From: Octopus bimaculoides | Lineage: Eukaryota | Length of the DNA: 63,866 bases | Direction: 5' to 3' | Assembly (NCBI RefSeq): GCF_001194135.2 | Contig: NC_068981.1 | Location: forward strand, 130,006,499-130,070,364 | In this document: positions 25,792 to 38,900 of the stretch, piece by piece | Layout: every line of letters starts with the position of its first letter | Numbering within the stretch: position 1 is the first letter of the stretch | The notes under the pieces: generated by a model | What the model saw: only the letters and a program-made list of their open reading frames with translations | What the model was told of the DNA's origin: nothing | Database searches by the model: none | Position numbers and translations under genes: made by a program

Positions 25792-28700
25792 AGGAACGAA
25801 GACTGAAACAAGTGCGCTGCTGTAAAGAAAATACATGGTTACCCAACCTGAAGGAAGTGCAGGAGAGGGAGAGAGAAAGTGGGAGATAGCAGGATAGAGA
25901 TGGTGGCAAAGTACTGGGCATACCCAATGATACATAGAGACAGGGCGTGGGTGGAACACACAGGTCAGAAGCTAGCAGAGAGCAGTGATACAGTGGCGCT
26001 AGGCCAAGAGGACAGGATTGGGGAGTGGGAGGTAAGCTTAGTTCATGAAGTGGAAATGTGAGGAAGAGAAGACATGTAAAGATGTAGTTTGGTTTGTTGT
26101 GATAGAGTGTGTGAGAAATTTTCTTAAGTGTGGGTGGGACACAGCGCTTCTAGAACTCCCTTTTGCTGACAGGGTCCATTGTCATTTCCTCTGTGAGGCC
26201 CAGCATCCTCAGATCGGTCCTTACCACTTCATCCCACATCTTCCTGGATTGCCCTCTTCCGCGGGTACCCATCTACTTTCAGTGATTGGCACTTCTTTAT
26301 ACAGCTGTCCTCAATTGTATACCTCAATTATTTTGGAGTGTTATCTGCTGTCAGGCAGACAGACAAACTGTTTCAAAACACAATGGTTGTAGCTAATCTT
26401 TTAACCCTTAGTTATGTGCATAAAAAGAAAGCTGCCAGTTGTATGTGATATCTTATGATTATCATTATGTAAGTCAAGAATTCATAATTTCTCAAGACTA
26501 AAAACATTGTTTAATTTTGTAACTTTAAGATATTGTTCATTGCTGGGATTACTCCCATATTTAAATCAGTATCTGGGAAAAAGACTTAGGAAATTTGAAA
26601 AAATACAAACCAAAGCTATTTATCTAAATGAAAGTTATTATATGCATTTTCTGATAGAAATATTGTACCTGATTATGGGCAACTTCCAGAATGAAAATGT
26701 TCTATTTACAGAAGTTATGTAATATTAAAATGCTTCAGTTTCAAAATCTGCATATTTTATTTTACAATATTAATACAACACCTACAACTATACATTATTG
26801 TATCAAGACATTTCTTCTTAACTTAAACTAGGAAATAAAAAGTAGATTTGAACAATAGACAGAATTTGTAGAGCAGAAGATATATTTGAATGTAATAACC
26901 CTAGTATGTTACTGATACTCATTTTATCTATCTTGAAAGTATGAAAGTTAATGTTTACTCAAATGAGACTTGAACTCTGAAGGCAAAAAGAAAAATATGT
27001 TTTTAACTGTAATGTATTTAGTTCAACACTTCTGTTTGTGCTATCTTTATTGTATTGAAAATAGCTACTCAAAATATTATTTTGAAAGTATTGTTTTATG
27101 TATATTTCAAAATATATGAAACTAAATGCTTATTTGATATAGTCACAAGTATTATTTTTTTTTTCATTTTGTTTATTTAATGTCCTCTTATGCATATATT
27201 TCAGTTCATTTGTGTAATATTCGAGGTGACCGTGATATCCACGAAGCCCTACCATTGTTTCCTGGTAGAAGTACTTTCTGCATTTTTTCACTGACATTCT
27301 CTTCTGACAACAAGGAAATTCTTGGAGGGTAAGCTTGAAGTTTCTTCTTCCATTCATCATCATCATCATCATCATCATCATATTGCTTTAATGTCCGTTT
27401 TCCATGCTGGTATGGGTTGGATGGTTTGACCAAAGCTGGCAAGCTGCACCAAGTCCCAGTCAGATTTGGCTTGGTTTCTACAGCTGGATGCCCTTCCTAA
27501 TGCCTACCACTTTACAGTGTGTGCTGGGTGCTTTTAACGTGCCACCAGCATGAGTGCTTTTACATGGCACCAGCACAAGTGTTTTTTATGTGACACTGGT
27601 ACAGGACTCTTGCAGGCTAATCCTCTTCACCAGGGAATGTGGCCTTAACACTTCTGCTCTGGAAGACAGGTCTTCTTGAGTACAGCAAGGCACTAGGTAT
27701 CTCGGTCCTTTGTCAGCTTCTGAAATTCACTGTAATTTTAACTTTGGTCTCCTTTCTTACATCTTGAACCATGTGAAACATATTACTCTATGATAGACAT
27801 CTCATTTGAAAATATATCATATGCTATCATTCTTACTTTACTTCAATAATTAACCTGAACTAGTTTTTTTTTTCTGTCATTCAACTCGATACTGATGCAA
27901 CTAAGTTATCTTTTAATTAAATCTTTAAATATAGGCTCACTTATTCAATGTTCTAAATCCTGTGATAACATACTTAATTTAGAGTATTGCTATGACTAGA
28001 AAGTGACTTGAACAATAAAGTTCTATTGAAATTTAATATGATCTCAGGAGGATAGTTTATTCCAGATATTCCTATTGAACCATTACCTATATTTTATGAA
28101 CAGCCTCTGACACCAAAATTTTAATAAGATGTTTTAAATGAATCAAAAATTGCTTTGTAGAGAAAATACATTCATATAAAATGTAAAAAAAATTAAAAAA
28201 ATAAAATTTTTAAAAAAATTAAAAAAAACATAAATACATTTACCATATATACTGGTTTATAAGATGTGACAAGAAATTGGCATGCATTGAATGTGGCTGT
28301 ATTAAGGCTGGAATACCGAGTGTATAACTGTATGATGAAACATTAACTTTGTTTTCTCCACAAAATATTCTTGTCAGTGGGGGGGTGGGGTCTTATATGC
28401 TAGCAGATACATTATTTTGAAATAGCAGACACCATTTATTTAATTTTTTTGCATAAAGTAAATTTTTATTAAATTTTTATTAAAAGACCCCTTTTCTTGC
28501 AGAATCTCAGAATTTTGCTACAGAACCTACTTAAAGAAGCACTGATCTGATATATCAGGGCAAATTTCATTAAATATCCTATTCTTGTACTAGCAAAACA
28601 TTCCCTGTAATTATGAAAAGAATCCCCAAAATTTGAAGTAGAACTTTTCACAGCCAGGTGGCCATCCTTAATACCAGTGTTTCATATTTGTGAGTGTCCC

Positions 28701-31700
28701 TGATTTGTTGCCAAGAACATTTCTCACTGAAGCATGTAGTTTATTATACTGATGTCATCATTTGTCCCTTTGCTAGTATGAATACAATTTGCATTCAAAC
28801 TCACTGAAACTATTTTTAAGGTGTCAGATTTAAAGAAGCCTTTATCTTACATATATTTCTATTATTTTTCTACCATTTTAACTTAATACTTTGCCATTTT
28901 TAAAAGTAAGCTTTCACTATTTTCCAGTGCAAACTGTGGTAATTTTTATGTCTATGATTTAGAGAGAAATCAGAAGATATTAACAGTAAGTCATTTTGCA
29001 AGACTTTACTTCTTCTCTTCCAGTCACTGAGTACAAATGAAAAAGAATCATATGTGCGTGTGTGCATGTGCTTGTGTGTTTGTGTGTGTGTGTGTGTATG
29101 TGTGAAGGTCTGTATATACCTATCTACCCATTTCCCATGGACAAACAAAAGAAAGAAGCACACAACACATTTGGAAGGAGTGCATATATTAGTAGTCAAT
29201 AACAATTTGATTTGACTCCATGCAACTTTAAGTATTGTAGGCTCATCACAGAACCTAGCACCTTAGGCCTCAGGAGCTAGTTTCATGTGATGAACCTACA
29301 AAAGTTACATGGAGCCAATTCAAACTATTATTAAATACTAATATATATATGCGCGCACACACACATACACACACACATGTGATGGGCTTCTTTCATTTAG
29401 TATCTACCAAATCCACTCACAATTATTTGGTTGGCCTGGCACTATAGTAGAAGACGCTTGCACAAGGTGCCACACAGTGGGGCTGAACCTGAAATCATTT
29501 GCTTCTTAACAACACAGCCATGCCTTCTTAACCATATAGCCATAACTGCACCCATTTATATTATATATCAGGCTGAGTAAAAAGTAATCAACGTTTTGAA
29601 ACATGAAATTCATCACAATATATTTCAACCATGCAGAAATTTTATTCATCAAAGTGAGCACCATTACAATCAACACATTTTTGCCAATGAGTTACAAGTT
29701 TGTTTATTCCAGTAACATAAAAATCTGGAGTTCTAGAGCTGATGAACTCTTTGAACACACTTTCAGCATCAATTTGATTTTTGAACTCCTTCTCTCGCAG
29801 GAAACCATCAAGGTGCTTGAAAAGGTGGTAGTCATTACGAGAAAGATCTGGGGAATAAGCTGGGTGGTGAAGAACTTCGTGGCCAAGTTCCCTCAACTTC
29901 TGGAGTGTCATTAGGGAAACGTGTGGTTGAGCATTGTCATAAAGAATGATTGGCCCTCTTCTGTTGACCAGTCTGGGATGGAGGAGTAGCAGTTTTTTGT
30001 TCATTTTGGCAATTTCACAGCAATATGTTTCTGCAGTAATGGTTTTTCTGGGTTTTAAGAAGTTATTGTGGATGAGTCCAGCAGTACACCACCAAACAGT
30101 TACCATAACCTTTTTGAAGAGCTCAGGTTTAGGGAAGGATTTTGGTGTTTCATTTTGATCCAGCCACTATGGAGAGCATTTTTATTATTATACAGAATCC
30201 ACTTTTCATTGCAAGCTGCAATACGGTCGAGAAATGGATCAGTCTGATTATGGAGAAGAAGCAATGAGCACATCCCATATCTGTGCATCTTCTGATTTTC
30301 TTTCAAATTGTGTGGTACCCATTTGTCATGCTTTTTTGATTTTCTGATCGCATGCAAATGGTTGCAGGTACTTTTCTGGCTAACTTGAAGTTCTTTTGCC
30401 TGTTCTTGGGTGGTTTTACGTGGATCTTTCTCAATGACAGTCTTTAATTGATCATCATTGATGACGATCTTTAAGGCTCAGTTCTCCACTACAAAATCGT
30501 TTAAGCCATTTTTGAGCTGACCACTCACTGGTCATTTCCTCACCAAATGTTTCACTGATATTGCGAGCAGTTTCAGCTGCTTTACATCCTTTTTTGAAGT
30601 TGAATAGCAAAATTGCTCAGATATCTTACTTTGACAGTTCCATTTTAGGTGATTGTAACAACAGTGGAAAAAATATCAGTGTTAATTTATTGATGCATCT
30701 GTATTAGACAATTGCAAAAAGTTGTTTAAAAAAATTTCAAACCTCTACAAAAATCCGGTACAAATTCTTCATGGTTCAAAATGTTGCTTGCTTTTTACTC
30801 AACCTCATCATCATTATCATTGTTTAACGTCCGCTTTCCATGCTGGCATGGGTTGGGCGGTTTGACTGAGAGCTAGCAAGCCAGAAGGCTGCACAGGGTT
30901 CCAATCCGATATGGCAATGTTTCTACAGTTAGATGCCCTTTCTAACGCCAACCACTCTGAGAGTGTAGTGGGTGCTTTTTACATGCCACTGGCACGAGGG
31001 TTAGTTAGGTGGTACTGGCATCAGCCATGCTTGATGGTGCTTTTTACATACCACTGGCTCGGGAGCCGGTCAGGCGGCACTGGCAGTGATCATTCTTGAA
31101 TGATGCTTTCTACATGCCACTGGCACAGGACCAGTCAGGTGGCACTGGTACCGACCACGCTCAAATGATGCTTTTTACATGCCACCGGCACAGGTGCCAA
31201 TCAGGCGGTACTGTCATCAGCCACAACAACGACTTCACTTGCCTCAAAAGGTTTTCACAAATGCAATTTATTGCCCAATGATTGAAGGATACTCTTAAAT
31301 GGGCTGGTTATGCTGCACTGGCATACGCCACGTTTACGGTCTCACTTGGCTTGCCAGGTCTTCTCAAGCACAGCATACCTCCAAAGGTCTCAGTCACTTG
31401 TCTTCACCTTGGTGAGGCCCAACGTTTAGAAGTTGTGCTTCACCATCTCATTCCAGGTCTTCCTGGGTCTACCTCTTCCACATGTTCCCTCTACTGCTAG
31501 GGTGTGACACTTTTGCACACAGCTGTCCTTATCCATACGCAGCACATGACCACCAGCACAGTTGTCTCTCTTGTACACCACATCTGATGCTTCTTATGTC
31601 CAATTTTTCTCTCAGGGCGCTTATACTCTGTTGTGTATGCACACTGACATTACACATCCAGCAGAGCATACTAGCTTCATTCCTTGCAAGCTTATGCATG

Positions 31701-33567
31701 TCCTCAGCAGTCACAGCCCATGTTTCACTGTCATATAGAATGACTGTTTGCACATGCATCATACAGTCTACCTATTATTTTGAGCGAGAGGTCCTTTGTC
31801 ACCAGCAGAGGTAGGAGCTCTCTCAACTTTGCCCAGGCTATTCTTATTTTAGCAGTTACACTCTCAGAGCAACCACCCCGCTACTGATTTAGTCACTTGT
31901 AGTTTTTGGCCCAAGGAATGTGATGGAAGCTGTTTTCTGCACATTTTCAGTGTTTATTGCCCCTGAGCATTTACCACACACAAAAACTATCTTCCCAGTT
32001 AGCCTTCCTATTATGTGTCCATAGCTTACACCATCTTATGGAGTTTCTACCTACACCTTTACTACAGATCGAGCAGGGCCATCTGCCTGAAGGGGTTTGT
32101 GTCTTGTCTACCTTCCTACTTATTAGGACTTTGGTTTTAGCTAGGTTGACTCTAAGGCCCTTCGATTCTAGTCCTTGCTTCCACACCTGAAACTTCTCCT
32201 CTAGTTCTNNNNNNNNNNGGGCATCCCGTCTTGAATTCCTGTGTTATTGCTTGGAGGACTATGATAAATAGGAGGGGGCTGAGGACTGAACCTTGGTGGA
32301 CCCCTACCTTTACCGGAATTCTTCACTGTACTCGTTGCCAACCTTCACCTTACTGACAGCATCTCTGTACATAGCTTGCACAGCTCTCACTAACCATTCA
32401 TCTATCCCTAGTTTCCTCATTGACCACCAGATAAGGGATCATGAGATCCTGTCAAAGGCTTTCTCCATGTCAACGAAAGCCAGGAACAGAGGTTTATCTT
32501 TGGCTAGGTATTTCTCTTGCAGCTGTCTTACCAGAAATATAGCATCAGTGGTGTTTTTCCCTGGAACAAACCCAAACTGCATCTCGTCTAGATTAACTCC
32601 CTCCCTAATTAGTTGGACTATGACCCTCCATGATTTTCATTACCTGATCCAAAAACTTGATACCTCTGTAATTATTTGTATCCAATGCATCACCTTTACT
32701 TTTGTAGCAGTTGACTATGGTGCTGCTGGACCAGTCATTGGGTATGACTCCTTCGTGTATCACCTGATTGACTATACAGGTAACTAGACTATAGCTGACA
32801 CCACCAGATATTTTAAGCATCTCTGTGGTTATTCCTGATGGGCCGGAGGCTTTCCCTGTCTTCATATCCTTAATTGCTTTATCTACCAAGGTATTGTTAA
32901 TTTGGACAGTTGGTCCCTCCGTTGGGTCGACATTTGGCAGACCCTCTTTCTCCCATTCATTCTCTTCATTTAGCAACCTTTCACAGCGGTGTCTCCAAGT
33001 CTCTCTCCTTGCAGCCTTGTTAAATGCAAGTGAGCTATCATCCATGTGGACACATTTCAAGTCTTTGGTCCTCATAATGCAGAACATTGGCAATTTTTTT
33101 ATCTCCTTCCTCTTTGGCTAAGTAAACCTGTCTCCTAGCTTCCCTTCTGGCAATCTGATACAATTCCCTGCTACCATCGTTCTTCCTGTTCTTCCATGCT
33201 TGTTTCTTTTCCCTAATGGCCCTGACAACTACATTGTTCTACCACCACATTACCATGGGTCAAGAGTGGACTTTGCACCATCCACAGATCTGGTTAGTAG
33301 CCTTCAACAGGCTGTGCAGAGGGACTGAACCCAAGAGCACATGGTGGGGAACCAAGCTTCTCAACCATACAGTCATGTCACCACCTATATATATNNNNNN
33401 NNNNNNNNNNNNNNNNNNNNNNNNNNNNNNNNNNNNNNNNNNNNNNNNNNNNNNNNNNNNNNNNNNNNNNNNNNNNNNNNNNNNNNNNNNNNNNNNNNNN
33501 NNNNNNNNNNTATATATATAGTTTTAGGGAAAATTTTGGATTTTGTCCCTAATATTATTATTATTAT

Positions 33568-33599
<32 letters not shown>

Positions 33600-35867
33600 T
33601 ATTCTTTTGTTGGTTTCAGCCACTGAAACCATGACCTTGCTAGAGCACTGCCTTCAAGGGGTTCAGGGGATTATATTCATTGGTGTGCTTCACCCAGTAC
33701 TTGATGACATGACTGTATGGTTGAGAAGTCCCTCTGCACAGCACATTCCGCAAGTGTCTTCTACTATAGCCCTGGGCCATCCAAAGCTTTGTGAGTGGAT
33801 TTGGTAGACAGAAACTGAAAAGAGCCTCTCATATAAACCAATGGTTTACAACCAGGTTCTATATGACCCCTGGGGGTTCACAGTATTATTTTAAGGGTTC
33901 ATTACAAGAGTCTGCTAGGTTTCTTTCTCTAACATTTTAAATAGTGCAACCTACATAAGTGAATGTGTGATGAACAAATTAGGAATTTTGAAAGAAGTAT
34001 CTATAAAACTCAAATGGCTATGGGGGTCCACCAGTATAAAATAGTAATCAAAGGGGTCCATAGATGAACAATGGTTGAGAACCACTGTTGTAAACGAACA
34101 TCATTATTGTTTGTTTCCATTCTTCTGTGAAAAAGATGAGAAAATATTACCTTGCTTGGAAACGGTTGAAGGTTGGCAACAAGAAGGGTGTCCAGCTGTA
34201 GAAAATCTGCCTCAACAAATTTCGCCTGATCCATGCAAACACGGAAAAGCGAACATTAAAACAATGATTATGGTTATGATTGTGTGTGTGTGTGTGTGTG
34301 TGGTATTGTGACCCATTATACAATATTTTTTTAAAATTTCATTTTGAATTTCTCTGGTCCAGTAAACTCAGCAATAATGATTGACTAATATATTGTGCTA
34401 CTGTGAATGAAGTAAGAATGTGCATAAAGTATGTATTATTGGATGCATTGATCAGAGGTATTCCAGCCATGACCATCTTGTCTTTTCCCTATGAGCAAAG
34501 AACGCAAGACCCATATAATGCAGTATGTCCCTTTCTAAGATAGTGGTATGTTATCTGTGGGACATTTAGCTACTACTTCTTGCCGCTAGAGCGTCCATGT
34601 AGAGACTTCCTTGGCTCCTGTGGACATGTTTGTGTTATACTTGCGTAAAGCTAAAGTCTGAAGGAGAGGTAGAAGGAGGGGGGGTTATAAAAGGGAGATC
34701 ACTCTCTAAAGGGACGTGACTCTATTGAACTTGTTAAAATTAGTATTATATTAACGTATGGGAGTCACTATAATTGACTGCCATCTCCTCTATATTTCTG
34801 ACCTTGTGTCTATGTAAGAAATTATTATTATTTTATTATCGTGCGGGTGACACGTAAAAGCACCCACTACACTCTCTGAGTGGTTGGCGTTAGGAAGGGC
34901 ATCCAGCTGTAGAAACTCTGCCAAATCAGACTGGAGCCTGGTGTTGCCATCCGGTTTCACCAGTCCTCAGTCAAATCGTCCAACCCATGCTAGCATGGAA
35001 AGCGGACGTTAAACGATGATGATGATGATGATCCACTGCCCTTTTGGCAAATAAACCATTGGTCAAGTCATTGAAAGAGATCACTCCACAATCTTCCTTT
35101 AGTTAAGATAGTCAAGCAGTGTTCCCTGTTCTGGGGCTTTGGTGAAGGAGGTTCTGTGGTGGATACACATGAAAGGACTGAAGATGGACTCCTTCCTCTT
35201 GACATTTTCATGAACTTTTTCAAGATCAATAAAATAACTAACTGCTTATTGCTAAGGCCTATTAAATCAACTATACAGTTGAATCTAAAAAGGGAAGGAC
35301 ACATCAGACAATGTAATTCTAGAGAAGACAAGATTGATGTAGATATGACCTCTTTGATCCTAGCTCTGCTGAGTCAGGGCTGCCCTGAAGTTACACTACA
35401 GCAACAACTACAACTACTTCAAATTGTTGGAGTTGTGCCAATGTTAGAAACCATTGTTGTTGTCAATGTACTTTTTTGTGATTTATAGATCAAAGCACAT
35501 GGTGATGATGTTAATGCAGTAAAATTTGCAGATGATAGTTCCCAGATATTGTTCACAGGAGGAGATGATGGATTCTGTAAGGTAAGAAATAAAATAAATA
35601 CATTTAGATTTGTTTATGTTGTGCAGTATATTACTTCTCTAACGTATTGCTACTTCACTGTTCCACATTCTACACTAATGCTCTATATTGTATATTGAAT
35701 AATCTCATTGTAATGTACTATTTTGTTTTATTATATTTTTCTCAATGATCTGGTCTTCTGTTCAATCCCACTGCACAACACCTTGGGCAAGTGTTTTCTA
35801 ATATAGCCCTGAGCCAACCAAAGCCTTGCAAGTGAATTTGGTAAATGGAAACTGAAAGAAACCTATT

Positions 35868-35914
<47 letters not shown>

Positions 35915-38900
35915 CATGTGTGTGTTTGTGTGTACCCTTGTCTAGACATCACCTGATGATTGTAAATGAGCATCACTCTCAGACAAGCAAGGTTATTCAT
36001 TTCCAATTTTACCTGAAAAAGCATGTCTAGTTGTCGGGAAATATCGCCTTGCTTGGAAACAGGTGTGTGCTGGTGAACGGAAGGGCATCTGATTGTAGAA
36101 AATCCACTTCAACAAATTCCATCTGACTTTTACAATTATGGAAAAGTGGACATTAATCCTTTCATTACCAAACCACACTAAACTAGTTGAAATGACCTAT
36201 TGATATTTTAATGAGAATTTCAGCACAAATTTCATTAGTACATTCCTGAAAACACATGGTTTCACTATGTAAACAATTGGTTTACATTGTCTGCCATTAT
36301 TTTACAAGATATCTGGGTGCTGCAAATTTTTGGAGATTTTTTTTTTTCCATTTTTTTCCCACTTTGATTTTCTGAAATGTTTCATTACGGACGGAAAATG
36401 GATACCAGTTTCATGTTGCTAAGCAGTGAGTTTGAAATCAAAGTATTTTCGAAAGAAGACAAAAAAAATCTAAAAAAAATACATGGCAAACATGAAAACC
36501 ACATATGTGATTATGAATCGAATATTTCTTTTTCTGAAAGTGAAACAATTCTGACAATTTGTGATAGTGATAAAAGAAAACGGAATTTGTACCTGAAATC
36601 ACAAAATCCCCACTGAACAGGATCTGATGGATCAGAGGACAACATTGTGTTCCAATATCTCATTTTGCTGTAGCTGGATGCTCTTCTGCATGACAATCAT
36701 TTTACAGAGTGTCCTGGGTGCATTTCTGAAGGCACCAGCTCTAGTGAGGTTGCTTTGAAGTCCACAAGACTAATAAAAAGTCCCCGTGACTTAGAGGGGG
36801 AATATAACACAGGAAGTCATGACTTTTATGTAAGGTATTGAGAAGTTGAAGTATGATGAGAGAAACAGTGTTATTATGCAAGAGTGTTACTGGAGAGACT
36901 AGCAGAGACTGTTAGGGAAGGGAGAAAGAGAAAGAAAAGAGGAGCAACGTCAGGGTTTAGTGAGAGTGAATCAGAGACAGATAAGGAGGACAGTAGCTTG
37001 AGTAGGAGAAGATTCAGAGCTATCTCACATTATATAAGGCTGGGTGTAGTAGTGGTGCCAGAAAGAGAGATAAAAATGATGGTGACCAGAAGTTAGAGTG
37101 CACCTTCAAGGTAACATATTGTAGAAGAGAGCGTAGTGATACAGGATTTATGAAGGATGGGCAAAAGTTGTAAGAGTGGGTTGGGGTGAGTGATGGATAG
37201 AAATAAGGGTGGAGGTGTTCAGTGGGTATATAAGAGGGGAAAGTAGTCAATGACAAATGATGGTTGGGGGTGGTTGATGGTAAGAATGATGAATGGATGT
37301 CAATTGGAAGTTGCTCAAGGCAGTACAGATATTTATCCTACCCAATTTTCACTGACACTTCTTTGTAACTTTCTCCATTGGAAATGCTGTCAACCAGTGA
37401 TTAACTCATTAGAGATCTATAACCAATGATGTTGTTACTCACAGAATGCATGATATAAAATAATAATAATAAATACACATACAATCTAGCACATTGATAT
37501 ACACTTCTAAAATATTGAAATCAGCACTTATTTAATACAGGATTATAAAGGACTTATAAATTTTATTGTGAAACATATTATAGCACATACTCACATACAA
37601 CTTCTAAATATGCATTGAAGCATATAATCATATTCTTTCTAATGTCATTTACAATCCTATTCATTTAAGTACTCACATTTCTGTTGTATATTCTTCTACA
37701 TACCTAAGAAGATACATGTTATAAACATGGTTATATGTGCCATTTTTATACGCGCACACACACACACACACACACACACAATCTCACACACACACACAAT
37801 CATACTCACACACATGCACAGAATTACAATCACATTCATAAGATATTCACAAGGACATGCATACATTCACACATTAAACAGTTCATCAGTCAGGATTTAA
37901 TTGCTTGTCCTAATTGTATGATTGACTACAACTTTGATCCTTCTTGTTTAACTTTCAGGTTTGGGATCGGCGTACCCTTAATGAAAACAATCCAACTCCA
38001 GTTGGAGTGTTTAGTGGACATGCAGGTGGCATCACATATATAGATTCCAGGGTAATGTCTATCTTATACAAATTTTTTCTCATCTTGTTGCATGCATTCA
38101 GCAAAATTTGTTGTGTTTTAAATGAGTTACAAAGGTTTAGTGGATGGCTTTTGAATTGACATTATGCTGAAGGCACAACCTCTGGCTCAAAGCCATTAAC
38201 ATTACTTGACTAAAATGTAATAATTATTTAACCTTTAGCATTCATATTATTCTGTCAAATGTAATACTTATCTATTCACATTGTTTTGAATTAATCATGC
38301 ATTAAGCTTATAGCTTCAAGATTTCAATGATGTGATTGTTTATTTTTAGAATGACATTGTAGGGTAGGTATGAGAGGCCAGATATGGCCAGTTTAAACAT
38401 TAAACAGAATATTTGGGTTGAATATGGCTGGTTTAAATGCTAAAGGGTTTGGCAAAATAGCAAAGAAGCTTCTATGTGGTCACTCAGCTTGCTAGAATTA
38501 ACAAATTTCCTGGATAATTTAGTCCTGAATTTAATGTACCAGAAAAAAATAGACGGCATGGTCTATTTGTATTCTCTTTTTATTCATGTGTACTTTTAAT
38601 CACAAGTGATTAACTAAACTGAAGTAATTAATATTTAATCATAAGTATAGCCTTGTCTTTATACTATGTAGGGTGCCAACACGGCTATGTGGTAATAAGC
38701 TTGCTTCCCAACCATGTGCTCTTAGATTCAATCCCACTGCATGGCATCTTGGATGTCTTTCACTATAGCTCTAGGTTGACCAAAGCTCTTATGAGCAGAT
38801 TTAGTAGAAAAAACTGAAAGAAGCCCATCATATGTGTGTGTGTGTGTGTGTGTTTATCCCCACACTACTGCTTTACAATTGGTGTTGGTTTGTTTATGTC

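Noticed and set aside
30960-31250. CRISPR-like repeat-spacer array (gctttttacatgccactggcac units)
   Set aside because: Degenerate subrepeats inside the RTE 3' UTR of a eukaryote; no cas genes.
32293-32787. 164-aa plus-strand ORF (and 32825-33121)
   Set aside because: Antisense shadow of the RTE reverse-transcriptase frame.
35156-35488. 110-aa ORF ending at the DCAF11 exon-11 acceptor
   Set aside because: Out of frame with the exon, stops at the acceptor, and has no recognisable homology.
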